Source: Saccostrea cucullata
Taxonomy: Eukaryota
Assembly: GCF_032062105.1 (NCBI RefSeq)
Contig: NW_026935190.1
Location: 248,001 to 312,000 of the forward strand
DNA: 64,000 bases
Direction of reading: 5' to 3'
This document shows positions 25,116 to 37,411 of this stretch, in pieces. The position numbers and the translations under genes were made by a program. The notes beneath the pieces were generated by a model that saw only the letters and a list, made by a program, of their open reading frames with translations, made no database searches and was not told the DNA's origin. Numbering within the stretch: position 1 is the stretch's first letter; every line of letters starts with the position of its first letter.

Positions 25116-26277
25116 ATGCTGAAAGTTATCTGGAATGTTATAAAGAAGATTGTTAATATTCTTCTTTTAATACTCTCCCCAATCAAACGACTGATATGTG
25201 GGAGAAAGAGACGGACATCAGACACAATTTTACCTTTGTCAAATCATTACTCAATTCCAAAAGATTTCAACCAGATGCCTACAAATACTAAAGTAAGTTG
25301 TTTCAGTTCTAATGTTATGTCAAATAGTGCAGTTATTTCACCTACACTGCATAAAATACAGATTTGAGAAGGATTTTTTTTCACTGTGGCAAAGAAATTT
25401 ATTGTTTTCGAATTTAGAAATACTTTCATGGTTATTATAACAAAAAACTTAATTTAAAAAAAAAAACTAAAGAAAAACTGTGCAGTATGTTACATTTCCA
25501 GAGCAGTAGTTGTCAATGTTGTTTTCTTGCAGGAGGAATTTCAGGCCTGGGATGACTGGAACACAGACTCCAAGAAACAGACAACCAATGGACAACTGGG
25601 AAATCCCAGGATGATGAGGGGCTCCCAGGGGGAGGAAGAGGAAGAGGAGGAAATTGATTATTTCTCAGACATGACACCAAAAATTAAAAAGCAGAAAAAG
25701 GTTTTCATTGATCCATTTTTCCCTATACTCATTTTGAGAGCCTAACTGTAAAGCTTCTATAATAATTGTGGTGTTTTTTTTTGTATTTTGAGGGTAAAAA
25801 TATTAATTCATTTGAGCTTTTATGCAGGTTTATATTGGAAGAGACTCAGCAATGTCCAAGTCCAGTACAGATAAATTTGCTTTTGCTGGAGATGCTCCCA
25901 TAAATCAGGTCTTGGATATGTAATTGTAAAAACAATTTCAGATATAAAATTTTATCAGCAAGGTTCCATTTAAGCAAATAAGCTTTACTTTAAATTCATG
26001 AAAAAAATGAGGATTTTTTCTAGATTATAAATATTTGAAACCCAGCATTATTTTCTTAATTTAGGGTTCAGAACTGGGTTCCTGGGAGGACACAGAGAAT
26101 GCATGGGGAGATGAATCAATGGAGGATTTATCTTGGCATGCTGATGCAGCCATTAAACAGAGCAGGAAGTCCGAGCAGCAGAGACGGCTTCAGGAACACG
26201 CCAGGCGGAAAATGGAAAAAGAACAGGCCCGCAACAAAAAAGACAGTGCATTCTCAGCGGTCAGACTGACGTCATGA
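25116..26277 (+). CDS. EBAG9: Receptor-binding cancer antigen RCAS1/EBAG9 (212 aa)
   Basis: Exons 25116-25292, 25533-25700, 25828-25908, 26065-26277 (all phase 0). N-terminal hydrophobic helix, WDDW, DYFSDMTPKIKK, ELGSWEDTENAW and C-terminal coiled coil RRKMEKEQAR...AVRLTS. Confidence 0.92.
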
Positions 26278-26451
26278 TACAGTGTACACTGAATTCATCT
26301 TCAAATCATTGTGTCAAATATTCTCATGTGCAATGTTTATCAAGATTGAGTGGGGTGTGCAAGTTGTGCATTTTGTTATATAATATGTACCCAATTTCAA
26401 CATTGTTTAGGATGTGATCGTTAAATTATTCTTTGAGTAATTGTTAAATAA

Positions 26452-26817
26452 GGCCATTCCAAGTTTTTTCTCTGTTTAGCATCCACCCATCTTTCAAAAA
26501 CCTACCTACCTATTCGCAAAAAACACATAAGCCAAAACATAAAAGTGATAAAAATGATGTCCTTCAAATGATTTGATCTAACTAAACTGCTTTAATAGAA
26601 GAAATATCTATTCTTAAGCAAAAAAAGGGATTAAATGCTTAAAATACCCCCAATATAACTTACTGTATAGAATTATTTGGAGAAATTGACAAAATTAAAA
26701 AATTTCGATTAAATTAATCAATTTCAGGACTCCTGATGTTGTGTGTTTTTTCTTATATTGGGTGTCAAAAACCAAGGCGCACGTGGACGCTAAACATGGA
26801 AAAAACTTGGAATGGCC
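26452..26817. mobile_element. PIF/Harbinger (Tourist-like) MITE in the EBAG9 3'UTR
   Basis: 18-bp perfect TIR GGCCATTCCAAGTTTTTT, TAA on both sides (26449-26451, 26818-26820). Confidence 0.85.
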
Positions 26818-28711
26818 TAATTTACAAATAATGAAAGGTCTAAGAGGAAGAAATAGTTGTTACCAATGATAAAATGTCTTAGAAAATTTATTTCCACAAA
26901 TTTAAACATTGTATTTTACAAAAAAAAAAAAAATTGATGTCAGATTTTGTTCTTTCATGTACAAAGATAAATGTTTTGAAAAGGTTTTACCATAGAAATA
27001 CATTACTGCAATATTAAACTTTCACAAGTGTTATCTCATTTCAAAGGATTTAGCATAATTAAGACAGATAATGCTGTTTTCCCTTTATAACATTACCAAC
27101 TTTGTGGGATAATGTCTGACAAATGAAATCTTTATGTATCACACCCTTATTAATCTGGATGCTTCACCTTCATGAAGAAACCTGTGGGGAATAATTTACA
27201 TACCGGTAAAATTATGTACCAGTAAACCAAATGTTTCATTAAAGCAGACAAATTGCTTGGGAACAATTTTTTGGATAAAATGGATTTGACTGTACTTTAC
27301 TATTATTGTACTTTACTATTTCCCCATACAATGCCAATAAAGAAAAGGTACAACATAATCCACAAGCATTGATAGATTTAAAGTAGGTACTAGTAAGTTG
27401 AAGGATGTTGCAAGATTTCTAAGCTAAGGTAGATAATTACTGGTATTAAAAATGTGAATGTCAACAATTGTTCCTAAATATACAAGTTCTTGAAATAATG
27501 AATTCAAGTATATGAAGCATATGTCTGTACAAGCATGTATTCTCACCTTGTTTCTTTGATGGAATAAATCTTTTGATGCACTGTACATAATTACAGCAAT
27601 GAAGTGGGATTAAGTGAAATATAAATATACATGTATATGGATTTTCTTTGAATATATCAGAACTTATTTTCAATATTTTTCAAAAGGGTGAGATTTTTTC
27701 TAAACCTGGATTGAATTGTTCATTGTGTATGGAAACTTTTTCTTGCAGTCTAGTCCATTTATACTGAATATTTACAACAGAAGGATGTAAAATAGTAATG
27801 TTACCAATATTTGTATATAAATTTATCTTTATACATTTCTAATTTGCTCTTTTCGATACAAAACCTTTCATTAGGTCATATCTGTTGCAGATTTTCTCTT
27901 TTAAATATTACTGCAATTAATTTTCAGTTAGAGTAAGCTCCCTTGTTCATTCTGCAATAATTTTTCTCAAATTACAGTGTAATATGACTAATATCCAAAC
28001 AAGGATAATAGTGGCATAATTATTAACATTATCAGCAGGAAAAAAAACTTGGATTGTGAAATTGTTGCAAATTTTCAAACTGAGGCATGTCATAATAAGT
28101 TGGTTTTGAGGAATCTCTTTCAATAATTATGTGCTATGTTTTTTTTTATTTCTGTTTTTATAAGCAGTTATGGAGGTAAAAAACTTATTTATAAAATTCT
28201 TCTTGCATATAAATCTTGAATTTAATAAATTTTTATAAAACAACAATCATTTGTGTTTTTAGCTCAAACTCAGATGACCTTTGTGATCACATTTGTCCTT
28301 CATCCTGTCTGTAATTCTTTTTATTTTTACTTTTCTCCAGTAAAAGTCAATGTTTAGGATTGGGGCAATTTCATCAAAAGTTTCAAATTCATTCTTGGGT
28401 GGAAAGAATTCAAGTTTCTTCAAATGAAGGGCCACGCTCCCTTTCAAGGGAGATAACTGACAATTTGTTAAATGTCCTCAAAATCCTCTTGATGTTATTA
28501 AATTAATATACAGGAAGTTACTGTCTAGACCATTTTTTTGCAGATTTGAATTGAAATTTATTCAAAACAACACGCATAAGAAAATCATGTACATTATGGG
28601 CATGTAATATATATCCATACTCTAAATTAACATTAACTTCCAGTGCCTGGATGTTTTGCAGCTATTCTAGATGCACTTAAATTAACAAAAGTTAGAAAGT
28701 GGCAGGTGAGC

Positions 28712-28712
<1 letters not shown>

Positions 28713-28748
<36 letters not shown>

Positions 28749-30617
28749 CAATGTGGATAGGAAAAAAGCAGAAATCAGTTTATGGTTGAAAAGTTTAAAC
28801 CCAGTAGTGGTCTAAACCAATCCTTAAAAGGGAGATGGTATGATTTCAAAATATTGAACAAACTTTAATCTTCACTAACTAAGGATGCATGCATATTTCT
28901 TTGATTACCTGTGGCTTTATTGCCCTTCACATTTTAACTTACATTGTTATACCCCCAGGGGTCATGACTTGAACAAAATTGAATCTTCACTACCTGAGAA
29001 TGCTTTCATATGAACTTCACTAATCATGGTTTTGCTATTCTTGAAAAGAAAACGATTTTTTCTACATGTTTCTATGTAAAACTTGGATTCCATGTTGTGG
29101 CCCCGCCTTACCCCTTGGGGTCATGATTTGAACAAAAATTGAATGTCCACTGCCTGAGGATGCTTCTATAAAAATATGATCATTCATGCCTTTGCTATTC
29201 TTGAGAAGAAGATTTTTAAAGAATTTTTACTATATATTTCTATATAAATGGCCATTGTGGCCCCGCCCAACCCCCGAGGGTCATGATTTGAACAAACTTG
29301 AATCTACACTACCTGAGGATGCTTCCTTATAAGTTTCATCTTTCCTGGCACAGTGGTTCTTGAGAAGAAGATTTTTAAAGAATTTTCCTATATATTTCTA
29401 TGTAACCGGCCATTGTGGCCCCGTAACCCCCGAGGGTCATGATTTGAACAAACATCTACATACACTGCTTTGGTAAGTTTCATCTTTCCTGGCACAGTGG
29501 TTCTTGAGAAGAAGATTTTTAAAGAATTTTCCTATATATTTCTATGTAACACTTTGATCGGCCATTGTGGCCCCGCCCAAACCCCGGGGGTCATGATTTG
29601 AACAAACTTGAATTTACACTAGTTGAAGATGCTTCCCTTTAAGTTTCATCTTTCCTGGCACAGTGGTTCTTGAGAAGAAGATTTTTAAAGAGTTTTCCTA
29701 TATATTTCTATGTAAAACTTTGATCAGCCATTTTGGGTACCCCCAGTGGTCATGATTTGAACAAACTTGAATTTAAACTACCTGAATATTTGTAAGTTTC
29801 ATCTTTCCTGGCACAGTGGTTCTTGAGAATAAGATTTTTAAAGAATTTTCCTATATATTTCTATGTAAAACTTTGGTCGGCCATTTTGGCCCCGCCCTAC
29901 CCCCAGGGGTCATGATTTGAACAAACTTGAATTAACACAAATTTTGTTTCATCTTTCCTGGCACAGTGGTTCTTGAGAAGAAGATTTTTAAAGAATTTTC
30001 CTATGTATTTCTATGTAAAACACCCATTTTGGCCCCGCCCTACCCCCAGGGGTCATGAGTTGAACAAATTTGAATTTACACTAGTTGAAATTTAAGTTTC
30101 ATATATTCCTATATATTTCTATGTAAAAATCATTTTGGCCCCGCCTTACCCCCAGGGGTCATGATTTGAACAAACTTGAATTTACACTACCTGAGGATAT
30201 AAGTTTCATCTTTCCTGGCACAGTGGTTCTTGAGAATAAGATTTTTAAAGAATTTTCCTATGTATTTCTATGTAAATCTTTGATCGGACATTTTGGCCCT
30301 GCCCTACCCCCAGGGGTCATGATTTGAACAAACTTGAATTAACACTAGTTGAGGATGCTTCCCTTTTAGTTTCATCTTTCCTGGCACAGTGGTTCTTGAG
30401 AAGAAGATTTTTAAAGAATTTTCCTATGTATTTCTATGTAAAACTTTATCGCTATACCCCCAGGGGTCATGATGAACAAATTTTTACACTAAGACTTAAT
30501 TTTCTTTCCTGGCACAGTGGTTCTTGAGAAGAAGATTTTTAAAACATACCATCAAATTTTTATAATTTCTTGACAACTTTCACTAAGCAGTGGCCCCAGC
30601 ATGAATCCCCTTGACCT

Positions 30618-30666
<49 letters not shown>

Positions 30667-30782
30667 GAAGAACGAAAATGTGAAAAGTTTACAACGACGA
30701 CGACGACGACGACTACGACGACAACGACGACAGACAAGACAAAATCAGAAAAGCTCATGAGCCTTTGGCTAATGGCTAAAAA
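28713..30782 (-). mobile_element. HINE with ~11 units of the ~166-bp satellite (several units corrupted)
   Basis: AACAAGAGGCCCATGGGCCACATCGCTCACCTGAGC end palindrome, tandem units GGGTCATGATTTGAACAAACTTGAA...GGTTCTTGAGAAGAAGATTTTTAAAG, (GAC)n microsatellite at 30692-30731. A degenerate + strand HINE 5' fragment lies at ~28255-28470. Confidence 0.9.
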
Positions 30783-31053
30783 TATGAAATCATAATCTAG
30801 TATTTTGAGTGGCTTGACACATTTTGTACAAATTTGAGTTTGGCTAACAAGGAAGAGGGATATACTATAACCAAGTGGAAATAACCATTTCAGGGTCATG
30901 ATGATGCATTATCTGTAAGCTGCTACACAGACGGTATTTCCCCATTCAAAGTATAACCACATATTGCGATATCTTTATTTTATTGCAAAATTTTATGAAT
31001 ACATGAGTGTATGAATAAAACAGTCAATAGCAATATTTTGCTATATAAATGAA

Positions 31054-34000
31054 TCAGGTCACATGATCACTGGTCAGTCGGTCCTCCACAGCTTTGGCCA
31101 CCGCTTGCTGTAACACTGGATACAGTTTATGACACACCTCAATACACTGCTTGGTAGCCTGAAAAGGACAAAGGTCAATTAATTTTTACAATTTAATTAA
31201 AGCCTAAGTGATAGAAATATGCCCTTATTGACATTTTATTGACAATCTCCCCAATTATCGTTAAGAGGGTGTGGTCCTTTATTTGAATAAACTTGAATAT
31301 TGGTAAGGTTGACAGCAGTGTTTGAAATAACTGTGCGTCCGACCGCCTGAGACACACAAATTTTGTGAACAGATTTGCAAGTATCGACACCCGGCTGGAC
31401 GTGTTAAAATTTCCCTTAAATTTAAATTCATATATTTGATAAATCTTTCACAGATAATCTCATAGTATCGGTAGCAAAGTATAATAGATAAAAGGCATAG
31501 AATTCATTAGCCTATAGAATGATTCAGAATCGAGTTATGGTGGTCTGGCCCCATTCACATAATGACATTATCGCTATAAATAAATTTGTAAAGACTAGAG
31601 GATTTTTGGCAGGGCTGACAACTTTCACTAGCAGTCAGCCCAGCATGTCTAGCTAATTTTACGGTGAGTTTCAAACACTGTTTACAGGCAGATGGACAGA
31701 CAGAAAGATAAATGAACTTGAGTTTAATGGACTTGAGCCCAGAAAGTCAGATAAATTGACAAATGACAACTTAATTTTAGTCTTACCGAACCCCACAGTG
31801 TATCAATCAATTGGCATCATATTACAGAGAGCTATATTATTTAAATTAATATGAATAGGAAATATCTACGCTGAAACCCCTCCCCAAACAAAACCCAAAG
31901 AACTGTATGTATACATGCTTACCTTATTGAGTAATTCAAATTCCACTTCTCCTTTAGAGGTGACAGCAGAAACTTGGTTCAGAGATGGAAGCAGTCCAAC
32001 AGTGACACTGCCATTACCTGTCTGGTTGTCACTCTAAATAATGAAAAAAACTTCAAATAGTAGAACTGCACATTACTGTGTTAAAATTTTCTACCCTTCA
32101 AAAATAATTGTCTTTTACGTAAGATCTCTCTGTCAAAATCTTACCTCAGGTTTATATTCCTCCTTTTCTGTGGGATCTATGAACACCTGAAAGGGGGTTA
32201 TCCTCTGAAAAATTTCAATTGTATTTTGCTTGTATTAAAATACCATTTCATAATCATTTAAACATCAGTTACACTTCACATAATTAAATAAAGTAGAGAT
32301 AGATAGCAACCACGTGATAGAATTTGCATATTGGCACGTGTACAAAAAGTTATAGATGTAAAAATATTTTTCATGTTCCAGAAGCTGTTAAATGAGTTTA
32401 ATAAATAAACTGGTGATGGCAATGAGTACTTACTGCAGAACACCCCACTACCAGATCATACATCTCTATCCCAGCATTGGCCAGAGCTACAGAACAGCAG
32501 GTCAGGGATGTGGCCAGGGCTGAAGTATTAAATGGACTTTAGTACATTACATAAAGAACAATGCTGCACTACTCATCTCTTTATATCACTCAAAAAGGGT
32601 ATGAAGAATGGTATAATGAGAGAGTATAAAAACATGTTAATAAGAAGACTGTGACTTTACAAAAGCATTTTTTGAAATACATGTATTGTACATGTATTCT
32701 ACATTTAAGAAGAGTCCTCACAAAAAAAGTTATCTCGAAAATTAATTGTGTACTTACGACAACCATCATTCTGTAAAACTGTTACATATACATTAACTTG
32801 GGCCTTTGGAAATTTATGCTGAAAAACAAACAAATGAGAAATCTAGATATTTTTATCAATCTATTAACAAGATCACTGTTCCAAGCTAAAACAGAAAACA
32901 ACAATAATTGTTACCCAGGTTTTACAGACTTTTATCAAATCAATTTCATTCTTCAGACAATGATGTCATAAATTTAAGCACCTATATATTCAAAAAATAA
33001 ACTTTTTGATCAACATGGAGTCCATAAGCAAAACCTAAAAAAATACTTGGGCACTGATTATTTAACTGGTTCACTTACCAGACAGACAGCTGGTTCCAGT
33101 GCGTCTTGTAACTGACTGCTGTAGTCGCGCTCCTCATTATCCTGCTGGTGTTGACGTCGGACTCGACACGAGAACGTGGCAAACTTAAACTCACACGTCA
33201 ACTGGCCTTTCATACTGAATTCTTCTTTCTTCACCACTTCCCTTGGGCCATACCTGAAGTCAGTTAAAATGCATGTACATATACTACATCTATCTACTAA
33301 GTAAGAAATCTTGTGATGAAAGCTTTTCTCTGTGAAAATATTACACTGCACTTAAAACCTGGGATGTATTCTATAAGCATTTTAACTACAATTAAGTTTC
33401 ACAGAATCTTAATTACTATAATTTCAGTTAAGTGTGAAGTTTTGCATTACATCATGATCTTTTTTGACTTATGCATCCTTAGTAAACAATTCATGCCCCC
33501 GCTGTGTGATTGGTCAACCCATATTATCAACATTGATATGGAAATAGTCTGTTGCACGTGCAACCAATCAGGGATTAGAAAAAAACTTCCAGTCGTACAG
33601 TTTGCAGTTAGGAGGCGTGTACTATTTATCTTGAGTGCAGCCGCCATCATAGGTTGTGACATAATGCAAAACTTCACACTTAACGAGGCCCGATCTACTT
33701 CATCTGCGCATACGTTTTAACGCAGCGTCGAATCATGCAAGTCACAATACCCTTGACTGCCGTCACAATTGATCACAATAACGTCACAATTAAAATGACG
33801 TCAAATTGCGCTAAAATGTTTCGCTGATCTTGCTGACTATGCATTGAAAGCTGGCATTTCTATTTTTTTTTTAAAATATTTAAAGTAATAAACAACTTTG
33901 GAACCTAATTAATTTTGAGGGATCAGTTTTTTGGTACAGATTCATTAATTTTATCCTGTTTTATTTCAATTTGGGAGTTAAAAAAAAACAAACACTGCAA

Positions 34001-36289
34001 CTAAAAGTAAACGATTTTAGTCTTTCTCTTTGAACATGTTGAAGTGTTTATACACACTCTTTTTATTGCGGACTTAAATAAGCATGGATTATCTTCAGTT
34101 TTAAAAAATAAAATAAGTCTATAAATCATTTAAATTGAACCCCCGAAATATTTTATTTTTCTAATATTACATGATATTAGTAAAATCGTATTTTTGTAGC
34201 CTTTACCCCCCTCCCCCCCCCCCCCCCTCCTCCCTCTACCCCTTTTTGTCACGCAAAACAACGTCGCGTGTTAAAAGAAAAATAAAGCATGGCGAGAAAA
34301 TTATTTCATAATGTAAGAATTATTTATTTTTAAGAAACAAATATACAGTATTGCAATCGTTTGTTGGTGTTATGTAAGCCCATTGCGACCTATAAAATAC
34401 GTAGTTAGACAGAATAAATCCAAATTTTGTGTTTTGACATGCCCCCTTTTCACTGCAATAAAGGCTACCTCCAATTTTCTTTTCATTTTTTATAAGAAGA
34501 ATGAAAATTGCATGATATATGTGAAAAACAAAGAATTTCATCATGTATTTTTTTTTAATTTGTAAATTTCTTTGTTTATTGAACAGTTTTAGTATGTAAT
34601 TGTGTATAAAAACACGAAAAATGGTTCATATCTTGACAGTGCCCCCATTTCACTACAATAAAGGCAAGGTAACAAAATTTCATTTTAATTTTTCTAAGCA
34701 TAAAACATACAAGTATATTTCCAAGAATTAAAAATTTTTATCATTCCGTTTTCATAATTTTCAACTAGATCGGGCCTCGTTAACTGAAATTACTAGTATT
34801 GAGAGGAACTTACACAGCACACATGATCTTGGTTTCATTCTGTTCAATGTAAGCCGAGCCTCTTGCCTGACTTATTACACCAGCCTTTAAAACTGTAAAA
34901 AAAAAAAGGAAAGTAATTTAAATACAAATTGTCCTATATATGACAATCATGAAATATGGTAGGGCTGAAATATGTAATATCGCGATTACTTCACAGTCAT
35001 CCAACTTATTACCGCTCTTTTGCGTGGGAGTAGAGAAAGCTCTAAATCTCGCAAGATTTCTGGGGGCACATGACATTGTTTACAGTAGTGACAATCGAAT
35101 GATTCGAGCAATTTTATGCTGAAAGTACAATGTATTGCCAAGGATTGAACTCCAGTTAGTAGATTGTCAAATAAGGAGTGTTTAGAATATTTTATCAGCT
35201 TTGAAATGTGACGATTTTCAATGAAAAGAGTCTGCTTAGTTAAAAATATCATTAAAAATGTACATTTTAGGATTTGCTCCTCTCAAAAAAATTGATTAGG
35301 CTGGTTCAGCGATTGTTTAGCAAGGTATTTCATTTCAGGTTTTTACTTATCTGTCCTTATAAATTCTACAATGATCAATCTTGCATTGTATTCAATAGCA
35401 CATTTGCCCCCATCCAACAGCCCTTTCCTACCTCCATCACGAAAGAATTCTGGTAAGTTAAGTAATCGCAATATCAAGTATTCAATTTTTCTCCCTTATA
35501 TCAAAACCTATAAAATTCTAAAGAGCACAGCCTGAACAGCACAAAGCACTTTCAAGACTTTGTAACAGAAATTTGAAGGCATGTGATGTTATGTCTCCAA
35601 ATTTTGCTACATTTAGTCTCCAATTGAAAGGGTACATACATGACCATTATATGGCACATAAAATGTACATCAAATGATAATTAAAAAGGCCTAACTTTTC
35701 ACTGTCCAATTATTTTAAGCTTGCATCGTTTAATTTGTGGTCTATTTTTAAAACAGGAAGTCTTATTTACCTCCACATTATGGAAACTGACATGGCAATT
35801 TTTATATTTACACACATGAAAAAGTGAACAATTGTATAAACTAAAGACTTAAAGAGATGAACTTTATTATAATTTTTACCTGCTCTGGCTTTCTGCCATC
35901 ATATTGTCTATCAACAAAAAGAATATTTTACCCTTTGTAATCTATAAAAAAAATTGGCATCTATTTTATTTCTCTGGAAATATATGAGATAAAATAGATT
36001 TATTTCAAATTATTAATGCATTTCAGAGTTTCAAAGACCAGTGTTTTTTAATTTCAAATTCAAATGATAGGCATTGCCCATGATAGCTCCCCCAATACCT
36101 CGAATGCATTAAAGTGAAGTTAAAAAAATTAACAAACATACAAAATCAGCAGAAGAAAATGTGCGATATAAGATAAAGTGCACTGACACTGTCTCACTGT
36201 ACCTCATTCGTTTTCTTTTCATTTACAAAAAACACGGATGGGTCAAATGACTCCTCGGGGCCATTGATTCGTTTCGTGTCGGTTGGCAT
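31054..36289 (-). CDS. EXOSC6: Exosome complex component MTR3 (RNase PH family)
   Basis: Exons 36289-36203(or 36198), an unresolved short exon near 35907-35880, 34892-34814, 33253-33079, 32818-32758, 32519-32434, 32204-32145, 32033-31923, 31158-31054. Translation MPTDTKRINGPEES...LKAGVISQARGSAYIE...CAVYGPRE...KFATFS...HKFPKAQVNVYVTVLQNDG...ALANAGIEMYDLV...DPTEKEE. Confidence 0.9.
31316..31680. mobile_element. hAT-like MITE in the last EXOSC6 intron, inside a HINE remnant
   Basis: TIR CAGTGTTTGAAA / TTTCAAACACTG; imperfect flanking duplication TTGACAG / TTTACAG. Confidence 0.65.
33414..34797. mobile_element. Older inverted-repeat element (Crypton-like) split by a later insertion
   Basis: Left arm TAATTTCAGTTAAGTGTGAAGTTTTGCATTA (33419-33449) is the exact reverse complement of 33662-33683 joined to 34784-34792; internal inverted GATTGG/CCAATC. 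Family label is tentative. Confidence 0.65.
33684..34779. mobile_element. 1.1-kb non-autonomous DNA transposon with TTAA TSD (piggyBac- or Sola-type)
   Basis: Perfect 14-bp TIR CGAGGCCCGATCTA, TTAA at 33680-33683 and 34780-34783; internal direct repeats near 34434 and 34633. Confidence 0.85.
34969..35482 (+). mobile_element. ~515-bp MITE, copy 2 of 9094-9628
   Basis: TIR AATATGTAATATCGCGATTACT / AGTAATCGCAATATCAAGTATT and colinear internal similarity. Confidence 0.85.
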
Positions 36290-37411
36290 ATCTGGGATAA
36301 AATTATCAAAATGAACACTATGACATGTAAATGATCAAGAAAATAAGACTGTTTTCCCTCATGATCATCCCGATTCACCGTCACTCACGTCTTTCCAATG
36401 GGCGCAGCCATTTTGAAGAAATGTAAATATCTGAGTCTGTAAGAGAGGAAGTACAAAATCCGGTCACTGATCTTTTACTACTGAACTTTGCAGACGATTA
36501 AAAAAAATTTATAATTTATGCTTTGACCCCGCTTTCGCAAAAGCGAAGGGACATTAAACTCATTTATTTGTCTGTCTGTCGGAAAACTTCTTTTCCTGTA
36601 ATTAACTTCGTTTCATTTCACACGTACTTTACCTTTAACAAGATCTTTCCGAACATACTAGTGATTTTTACGAGGTGACTTGACCTTAAAAGATATAAAA
36701 AAAAAATTTAATAAATCTCTATGTAAAACTATATTCATATTCACCCATCGTGGCTCTACCCTAGATGATTTGAACAATACTGAATTAATTAATACCTGAA
36801 GATGTTACGTGTATATCATATAAAGTCATAATTATCTTTGCTTGGAAAAGGGCATATCCCTTCATTTGAATAAACTTTAATCCCCTTTACGGAAGGATAA
36901 TTTGTGGCAATTTTGGGTTCATGATTTGAACAAACTTGATTCAACACTAGCTTCCATAACTATATATATACGCAGACATATAGTTATATAACTATAACTC
37001 CCCTTTGGTGTTTTTGAGAAGAAGACTTTTCAAGATATTTTTCTCTGTTTTTCTATGTAAAACTTTAACGACCGATTGTGGCCTCATCCTACCCCGGAAG
37101 TCATGATCTGAACCGTGGTAAAATTGAATATTTTGCTTCGATTTAAATACATTGTAAATTCATTTTTACCCCCTTGGAAGAAGGCATGACTCTTCATTTG
37201 AACAAACTTAACCGTCACCCAAAGCTACTTTGTGGCAAATGAAATTTGGTTGAAACTGGTCCAGTGGTAGTGCGGAGAATTCAACTGAAAAAAACTTGGT
37301 GGAATAATGTGTATCCCTTTACTTGAATAAACTTAAATAACCTTTACCCAAAGCAAATCTGTTGCAAATTTGGTTGAAATTGGTCCAATGGTCTTGAGAA
37401 GAAGAAGGGGA

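Noticed and set aside
33313-33720. 135-aa ORF and other 60-130-aa ORFs in introns or antisense to exons (e.g. 45412-45813, 47563-47877)
   Set aside because: No recognisable domains or splice context; they overlap TEs or are antisense to real exons.
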